Below the pieces are notes generated by a model. The model searched no databases and was not told where the DNA came from. It saw only the letters and a list, made by a program, of their open reading frames with translations. From Rhizophagus irregularis (lineage: Eukaryota): a stretch of 64,000 bases of DNA. This document shows positions 56,301-64,000 of the stretch, piece by piece; the stretch's first letter is position 1; each line of letters opens with the position of its first letter. Position numbers and translations under genes: made by a program. The stretch spans positions 806,001 to 870,000 of the forward strand of contig NC_089431.1 of the NCBI RefSeq assembly GCF_026210795.1, written 5' to 3'.

Positions 56301-56646
56301 GCAGGAAGATGGAACTATAGACACATACCCCGGTCAAGTTCAATTTTATTTTGAACATACTATTTATTTAAAAAATTCATCATCATTAACTCATTCGCTA
56401 GCACTAGTTAAATGGTACAGGCCGGCCCAAGATCATAGGACAAGATATTTTTGTCAAGTAGACGATGACATAAAATCATGTAATATAGAATTATGGACAA
56501 ATGGGTTTTATGATATGAGTCGAGATAGTATTATACCGGTACATCATATATTAGGAAAATTTATAAAATGTGATTTTAATATTGGAACGAGAAAGATAAA
56601 AGAATATATGGCCGTGATTCCTTTAAATAAAAAAATTTCGTTTTAA
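53384..56646 (+). pseudogene. CACTA/EnSpm (Transposase_21-like) transposase with two apparent frameshifts
   Basis: YDGRIW, LNMDWFQPY, ICNLPRSER, IPGPKEP, VVDPMHCLFLG, HLCLH..YGP..FWCFSFERMNG. Frameshifts in homopolymers at ~55235 and ~55605. Intron at ~55715-55801. Confidence 0.92.
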
Positions 56647-56809
56647 AAAACAAATGAATCTTATATAAAATTGTTTATATGTAAATCGGAATGACGAATT
56701 TGAATTATATAACATTTGTATTTGATTAAATTATAACTAATTTTTTTTATTAAAGGATATATCATATTTTTATTATATTATTATTATATTATTGTTACAT
56801 ATATTATAT

Positions 56810-58929
56810 TTATAAAACTACTAAAGGGTTATTATCGTTGTTGTTGTTGTTGTTGTCATCGAATTCGTTGTTATTATTATTGCCACTATTGTTATTATTG
56901 TCATCCTCATCATTATTGTCATCATTATTATTATTGTCATCATTATTATTATTGTCATCATTATTATTATTGTTATCATTATTATTATTGTCATCATTAT
57001 TATTATTGTCATCATTATTATTATTGTCATCATTATTATCGCCACCTTCATTATGACTTTCATTGCTGTCTTCGCTGTCTTCGCTGTCTTCGCTAACTGG
57101 CGCCCAGGTGGAAGAAATCCACCAGTCTGGCATTATTTCTGTCGGTCTACTTTTATTATCGATGACATTATCTAAACGATGACGCATACGGATTAGACCA
57201 GTTCCAATACTCTCCCCGATTTCATCCGCCCCTACTTAGAATTCTCCTAATCTAATTAAAAAAAAAAATATTATTTATAAATGTTATATTGATAAAGAAA
57301 TAACTTTACATACTCTCGTAGATTTCCATTTTTTTTCATGTATTTTGATTACAGAATTCGATTTATCTAAACGTTCTGGTCTTTTCTCTAGATTTTTTTC
57401 ATTGTTGGTAAGATTTTCATCTTCCGATGACCACTCATCGGAATGAAGTTCCGAGATCACTACAATTTTTTCACAATCTTTCATGTACTCGTCCCAGGTA
57501 ATTTCTTGAGGTTTGCAGTCATTTAAAACCTTGTCTTTTGTGTTAATCATGTGTTGTAAACCGCGTTTACGTCGCGTCATTTTCTGTTAAAAAGTTAATT
57601 AATAGTTAATTAATAATGTTAATTGATTGCATAGACAATTAGAAATAATTGACAAATTTTGCATTTTATTAAATTTCGTACTTGGTCTCGCCGAGAAGTC
57701 ATATGTTGACGTCTACTGTGCGTATCTAATTTGCCATCCTGGGTTATTTTCCAGATATCTCGGCGAGACTTATGAAGCTGTTTGATTACATTAACAATCT
57801 CAGTATCGTATACTTCAATCGATGGATTCATTGCCGCTTTTACCGCTGGTAAAAGTTTTTTGTTTATTGATTTCTTCTGGTCACTAAACGTTTGTGAAAC
57901 ATCAAACGAAATTCTGGAACCTAAATTATTAATGATTTGAACAACTTCATCCTATTTAAAATAATAATGAATATGATTAAAGATTATAAAAGATAAATAT
58001 TTTATAATAGAGGTGTAACTTACACGAAGTGTTTTTTTAAAGCCTGGAGTCATTGGTGATAGTTTTTTTCCTTTATTTCTGCTTATTACGGGTGATAGAC
58101 TTCGATTAACACTTGTTGTTATACTCGCGATCGTCTTATCACTGGAATGGCTGGAGTTACTGCCTGTCAAAGCCTCCAGTCGACTAGACAATTGTGATAC
58201 CGCGCTTTTTAGTTCTTGAATTTCTTGATTTAATAATTTTATAATAGGAAAAACAGTTATGCAAAGAAGCGCGAAGTTGATGAAGCGATGATATGAATGG
58301 GTCCTCACCTAAAGATTGCGAAGATTGCTCTTCTTGATGATGTTGCTGTTGTCCACCTATCAGAAGTTAATAAAATATTATAAATTTATTATATTTTTAA
58401 TTGATTTGATAATAATATATATATATAACCACCTTCCGATAAATCCGGCAAATTTCCTATTATTTTACAAGTAATTAGTACAGGTCATATTAAATATAAT
58501 TTCAATAAAAATATAAATAATAATACTTTTTGTTAACGATCTCCCCCTAGAGGGGAGAGAGGATTGTTGAGAATGAGAATTGGAAGAATGAGAATGATAA
58601 TGATGTCGACGTCGACGAGAGTGAGAGGAGGGAGAGGAGGAGAGAGAATGATAATGGTGTCGAGAACGAGAATGATGTCGACGTCGACGTCGATGAGAGT
58701 GAGAGGAGGGAGAGGAGGAGAGAGAATCATAATGGTGTCGAGAACGAGAATGATGTCGACGTCGACGTCGACGAGAGAGAGAGGAGGGAGAGGGGGAGAG
58801 AGAACGAGAATGATGTCGACGTCGACGTCGATGGGAGTGAGAGGAAGGAGATTGATGATATTGCTGAGAGCGACCCTGAGAAGGAGAACGAGGATGTGAT
58901 TCGCTACGTGAAATAGGAATAAGCGTCAA
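56810..58929 (-). CDS. CACTA accessory protein paralog 2: RS/H-rich N-terminus, D/N-rich tail; multi-exon
   Basis: ORFs 58465, 57952, 57619, 57284 and 56810. Motifs QLHKSRRDIWK, RGLQHMINTKDK, LHSDEWSSEDE, KKWKS, MPDWWISSTW. Confidence 0.72.
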
Positions 58930-59589
58930 TTTATTTTTTTTTCATTTTAATAATGTAAAGAAACAAGATTGAAACGAAAAGAAAGGTGAAAAGTCACCTA
59001 TTTAACCATTACTTACATCATTAAAATAATATCATAATCGTTATCTCTTAATTAAAAATTAATATCATCGATATCACTTAATTAAATTAATATCATCGAT
59101 ATCACTAAATTAATTATCATGTGTATATCACTATTAAAATTAAACTAAAAATTGATACCATCGATATCACTTAATTAATTATCATGTATATATCACTATT
59201 AAAAATCGTAAAATGAAATTTACTTAGCAAAACAATCAATCAACCATCGTTCTAAAATTCGATAAAGGGATGGAGAAAGGTTTATATAAATAATTATTGA
59301 TTTGTTTGTTCACGTGAAATATTAACAAATAATTATACTACGATTATTGCCGTTTTCGACAATTGGAATGTCAAACAATATAAGGCGATTTTATAGTAAC
59401 CAATCAATTGACAAAAGTATTTTTTTTAATCATGATTGTTGCAATTGGGCGTATGTATCAGTTTGGAAACGGCTAAACTATCACTCGTAAATACTAACCA
59501 TTGTGGGTCCAGAGTGAAAATTCATGTGATTTGCAAATTTTTAGACATTCCGGACCTATAGACCTTAAGGGACAGGTCTATTTAAATAA

Positions 59590-59800
59590 TTACTTGCACT
59601 AGTTAAATGGTATAAACCGATTCATGATTCTCAAGATAAGATTTTATTGTCAAGTATATAACGACATAAAATCATGTAATATAGAATTATGGATAGAGAT
59701 AGTATAATACCAATATATTACATGTAATTTAATGTTGAAGTGAGAAAGATAAAAAATTATATGGCAGTTATTCCTTTAAATAAAAAAATAACATTTTAAT
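59590..59800 (+). pseudogene. Degenerate duplicate of the transposase 3' end
   Basis: gcactagttaaatggta..gacataaaatcatgtaatatagaattatgga..ttcctttaaataaaaaaa matches ~56400-56646. Confidence 0.8.
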
Positions 59801-61004
59801 AAAATGAATTTTCTATAAATTTGAATAACGTTATTAAAAATCGGCTCAAATCTCAAAATAATATATTACTAATTTAAAGTTGCTATTCTCCTTATTCTAA
59901 AAATAATTATTCTAAAATTCACGTGTATTTTCATCAGCTTGTTCGCGTTTTTCAGGACGCGTATTTTTATTATATAAAGTCTACCTTTCATCATTCCATG
60001 CCCTTTACTTTCGCTCAATAATTTTTGTCTTTTCATCAATTATATTTTATTAACGCCATTATGGGTTCTCGCCGTTCCACAACCTCGCAGAAAAAATCTA
60101 AGGAGCGTTTTAAGACGCTCAAAGCGAAGCGTATGACGACCGTAAAATTTTTGAAAAGTGGGTATCGTACGCAAGGTTCATGGTTGTATTTCTCTAATGG
60201 AGTCGCCTGTAGACGGAGTTTTATACTCCCAGAGCTGTCCAGTTCTTAGATGGGTCACCTGAAGAGACGAGGTCTTGTACCTCCAGGGCAGTCTCGGTTC
60301 TTAAATGGAACAATCCTGAAGAATGCTTCCAAGGACTATCGACTTATTCACTTAGCTTTTGCTAACCACCCATTATTTTTATATATATGTATTTTTTTTT
60401 ATTGCTCAGTAAATGCTCACCAAAAGGACTATTAATGCACTCTGGGACGCAGAAGATAGGGTTGAGGAGCTGGAGAACCATGAAGTAGAATCAATTTCTA
60501 TCTTCTTCACCGGCAAATACGCAAATTACGATGTAAGTATCTTCCTTATTACTTAAAAATATCTTTGTCCTATTATTTCATATTATTTCATTAACATATC
60601 TTTTGTTAATTTCAGCGGAAAATCAAGCTCTAAAAAATCCGAGAAACTTATTACGTTCGCGCTCCAACTTACCTGATAATAATAATAATAATAAAAAAAA
60701 AATCAAAATAATTTTTTTTTAAATAATTATGTTCTCTTTTTCTTATATGGTATAAGTATATTTCCATTTGTTAAGTTAAGAGCACTTAACTAATTTTCCA
60801 CCTAAGGTCCTAAGTTTATTATCTTTAAGTATATCGTGAAGGTTTAATTCACTTATTTTCCAATGCTTCCTTTTTTTCTTCTCTATCCGAATTTTCATTG
60901 TTATGAAGTCGGTACATTAGTGTATATATATATATATTAAAATTATTAAGTCTGCAGTATTACCGCGACAGTATTATACTTTAAATCGGCAAAGATATGC
61001 TGTA

Positions 61005-61550
61005 ATCGGCATGGCTATATTTAAAGGAGCGAATTCCGATTTGTACATCAGACCTGCGATATGAAAAGCGAACAATACTATATAATAATAACAACATCCG
61101 AATTTAATATCGGTTTTATTTAACAAAGATCGGTCATTAAAAATTGGTATTTCCGACTGAATTATCGGATTTCATCGAAAGCTATACTGAAATTGGCATG
61201 GCTATATTTAAAGGAGCGAATTCCGATTTGTACATCAGACCTGCGATATGAAAAGCGAACAATACTATATAATAATAACAACATCCGAATTTAATATCGG
61301 TTTTATTTAACAAAGATCGGTCATTAAAAATTGATATTTCCGACTGAATTATCGGATTTCATCGAAAGCTATACTGAAATTGGCATGGCTATATTTAAAG
61401 GAGCGAATTCCGATTTGTATATCAAACCTCCGATGTGAAAAGCGGACAATACTATATAATAATAACAACATCTGAATTTAATATTAACAAAGATCGGCCA
61501 TTAAAAATTGGTATTTCCGACTGATGTATCGGATTTTATTAAAAATCGGC
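61005..61550. repeat. Right subterminal 187-bp tandem repeats (about 3)
   Basis: ggcatggctatatttaaaggagcgaattccg at 61008, 61195 and 61382. Confidence 0.88.
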
Positions 61551-61660
61551 ATAAATGGGCAAATCTATACATAAATACGCGAAAATCGGCATGTATATGC
61601 TAATATCGGCAAAACTATTTTAAAAGGGTCAAAATCCGATTTTTTTTCATTCGACCTGTG

Positions 61661-62415
61661 ACACTTGTAGGAGCACATATGGGTAAGGCTAGTGTTATTC
61701 TCAATAAACCTATCATTATCGGTGCATCTGTCCTTGGTCTCAGTAAACTCTTAATGTACCGCTTCTGGTATGGTTTTGTCAAAGAGAAGTATGGAAACAA
61801 AGTACGACTTGGATATATGGATATGACTCCTTTATTTACCATGTCGAGACAGAAGATATTTACAAGGATATGGCAGAGCGTCCAGATCTCTTTGACCTTA
61901 ATGATACCAAGACAATCGGGCTTTTCAAGGATGAGACTCCTGGAAATGTAATTACTGAATCCTACCACATCCGTGCAAAATCCTACCACTATGTCTTGGC
62001 AGACAAGTCTACAAAGTCCAAACATAAAGGAGTAAGCAAGAAGGGTATGAGTGATATGGCTAAGGACACATATTTCCCATCTTTAGGTGGAACTTTATTA
62101 GATGATACAGTAGAAAAAGATGAAATCTTCGATCCTATGACTCAAGTATATCGGGACTGTCTGTTTGAAAATGGTGTCTTCTATGCCAAGAATGTGGGAA
62201 TGCGTACAAAAAATCATGTAATATCACTAATCGAGTCAGAGAAGAAGGCATTATCCCCAATCGATACAAAACGCTGGATTTGGTCAGATGGTATATCCTC
62301 CTTACCATTCGGACACTGGCGTATTCAAGTATATAAGAAACTTCTTGAGCGTGGTACAAGTCATGAGGCAGCAGAAAAAATAGCTATAGGGACCAGATTA
62401 CCAGAGAAATATTAG
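61661..62415 (+). pseudogene. polB: Protein-primed polB, 3' part
   Basis: LNKPIIIGASVLGLSKLLMY. Motif C YMD(T)DS is broken by a 1-bp deletion at ~61823. Then GLFKDE, RAKSY, KHKGV and ALSPIDTKR. Confidence 0.92.
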
Positions 62416-62487
62416 AATGATATAGAATAGTTTAGTGATACTTAGGCATATATTAATAATAAATTATATTTTTTCCCGATAGTTAAA

Positions 62488-62757
62488 ATGAAAGACGATC
62501 CAATCTATGATATACATAGTGAAGAATATATCGATGACCTTATACATATCACAATTCAGAGAGGTCTCTTTAAAGATGTAGAGGATGCAATAAAAAGTAT
62601 AAAGGCATTAGCTAAAATGGTCATAAGTTCTAAGACTAGTATTGATGCATTTATGAAATGCCCTGTACCAAACATTCCAAATGCCTTTTATGACTTAGTA
62701 GAGGCATTTTATTATTCAATACTAAGAGAAAGACAATCATTAGCACATGACATCTAA
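62488..62757 (+). CDS. Hypothetical protein downstream of polB
   Basis: Intact, intronless ATG ORF, co-oriented with and close to polB. No recognisable motif. Confidence 0.45.
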   Translation: MKDDPIYDIHSEEYIDDLIHITIQRGLFKDVEDAIKSIKALAKMVISSKTSIDAFMKCPVPNIPNAFYDLVEAFYYSILRERQSLAHDI

Positions 62758-62908
62758 CAGATTTCTGGGAGGTGTCATATGATAAGATATTCTATGGAAT
62801 TCTTCAGAATTCTTTGGAATTCCAAAATTTTTTTTTCGTAATAAGAACTAATGTCTTTCAACCAGGTATACACTGAGCTACTAGTTATGTTACCAGCTTC
62901 TGTAATAC

Positions 62909-63289
62909 ATGAGGCATGGATTCGTCTCACAACAAGGAAGCGTAGTCCACTATCTGTGTCCGATGCCCAGTGGAGTAAATTCCATGGTAGAGTTATTTTT
63001 GAAACATGAAGTAGAAAGATACCAGAAAAAATTAGCACGTCAGAGACTAACTGTTAAACAGACATATATGCCAAGAAACAGAATGACACAAGACATGATT
63101 AGTGAAAAGGTTTCCATACTTCAGAAGCACTTGCTTGAATATAATAAGGTTACTTTTGGCCGATTCATGCAGAACCTTACTAAAGAATATGAGAAATTGA
63201 TCAAGACAAATCATCAGATACGACATGAAATTGATACCATGAAGAAGCAAGTACGAAAAATAGAAAAAAAACTTGCTTCTATGTCGTAG
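62909..63289 (+). CDS. Hypothetical protein with coiled-coil C-terminus, possibly frameshifted upstream
   Basis: ORF with a heptad-like tail, co-oriented with polB. Confidence 0.4.
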   Translation: MRHGFVSQQGSVVHYLCPMPSGVNSMVELFLKHEVERYQKKLARQRLTVKQTYMPRNRMTQDMISEKVSILQKHLLEYNKVTFGRFMQNLTKEYEKLIKTNHQIRHEIDTMKKQVRKIEKKLASMS

Positions 63290-63539
63290 TTCCCATTATT
63301 CATCAAGAAATAGACGAATGGGTACTGTTGCTTTACTCAAATTTTGTGTGGACTGCGCATGGAATTTTTTTACTGTGCATAGACTTTGCATGGACTTTGC
63401 ATGGGAAATTTTAACTGCACATAGGCTTTGCATGGGCTTTACATGGGACTTTTTTACTGCACATGGATTTTTTCGTAAAAAATGTTGTTTAAGATTAGAA
63501 GGATATGGGAATTCCTTCCCACAATGCTGACAGGTACGA

Positions 63540-64000
63540 TCAGCTAGTTTTTTTTTTATAGGCTGGCTGGCTATCTACTGCAAAAACATTACGTTGTGCC
63601 TTATGTACAGAGAGAGGAATTGAGACAACCTGTCCATTTACATTTGCTTTGAACTCACCCTTTACTACAGGTTCCCAACCTGCACGATACTGCCACTGTG
63701 TACCAAGTATTAGCAATGATTTGTCCTTACCATTTTGATCCTTCTCGGTAGGTATAACAGAGAATTCGTCTGATATAGTGACTGTATTTGTACCTTCACC
63801 GATAGTTATGGGAATTTCATTGATAGTGCCAAGAGTTTTGGTTGATCCAGCTACACCATTAAGTGCATGTATATTCTTTCGATCTATTTTGAGACCTAGA
63901 TGCTTAGCTACATTTTCAGAGATTACTGAAGAGTCAGACCCTGTATCGATCATAGCATAGGGTATGCATACATTTTTGATTTTACAGGAAATGGTCGCTA
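63540..64000 (-). CDS. Retropepsin-like aspartic protease, 5' end outside the window
   Basis: AMIDTGSDSSVIS active-site motif and LLILGTQW. The ORF stops shortly after the protease, with no RT following. Confidence 0.8.
   Translation of the reverse strand, partial: ATISCKIKNVCIPYAMIDTGSDSSVISENVAKHLGLKIDRKNIHALNGVAGSTKTLGTINEIPITIGEGTNTVTISDEFSVIPTEKDQNGKDKSLLILGTQWQYRAGWEPVVKGEFKANVNGQVVSIPLSVHKAQRNVFAVDSQPAYKKKTS

Larger units (their letters stand above)
48145..61660 (+). mobile_element. Complete CACTA/EnSpm-type transposon (13.5 kb), 3-bp TSD ACA
   Basis: Ends CACACGTCAAATAAGTAAAAATC / GATTTTTTTTCATTCGACCTGTG. Removing the element and one ACA restores polB GGC AAC ACA CTT GTA GGA (GNTLVG). 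Confidence 0.93.

Noticed and set aside
61005..61550. Regularly spaced repeats as a possible CRISPR array (also 48620-48935, 26435-26630 and 42870-44642)
   Set aside because: Whole units repeat with no unique spacers, there are no cas genes, and the context is eukaryotic TE subterminal or tandem repeats.

Overview
AT-rich, intron-containing eukaryotic DNA made almost entirely of nested transposable elements. The repertoire suggests a Glomeromycotina/Mucoromycota fungus such as Rhizophagus; this is inference. Main content: (1) two CACTA/EnSpm-type elements. One is a complete 13.5-kb copy (48145-61660, 3-bp TSD ACA) inserted into a Polinton/Maverick-type protein-primed DNA polymerase B gene. 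(2) A truncated Ty3/Gypsy element whose pol starts with a Nudix hydrolase domain behind a -1 frameshift signal. (3) A Plavaka element carrying a hAT shell, which itself carries a Sola3-like element with FYR-like domains. (4) Many MITEs with clear TSDs. (5) Two ~1.8-kb repeats that can be rebuilt as the two ends of one large element. They have AGTAGT termini, a 5-bp TSD and a 33-bp terminal palindrome in flip/flop forms; the element split a MITE and one end was later inverted. The only likely host genes are a small secreted Cys-rich protein and a Myb/SANT-like gene. Family names come from motifs recognised by eye; no database search was run.
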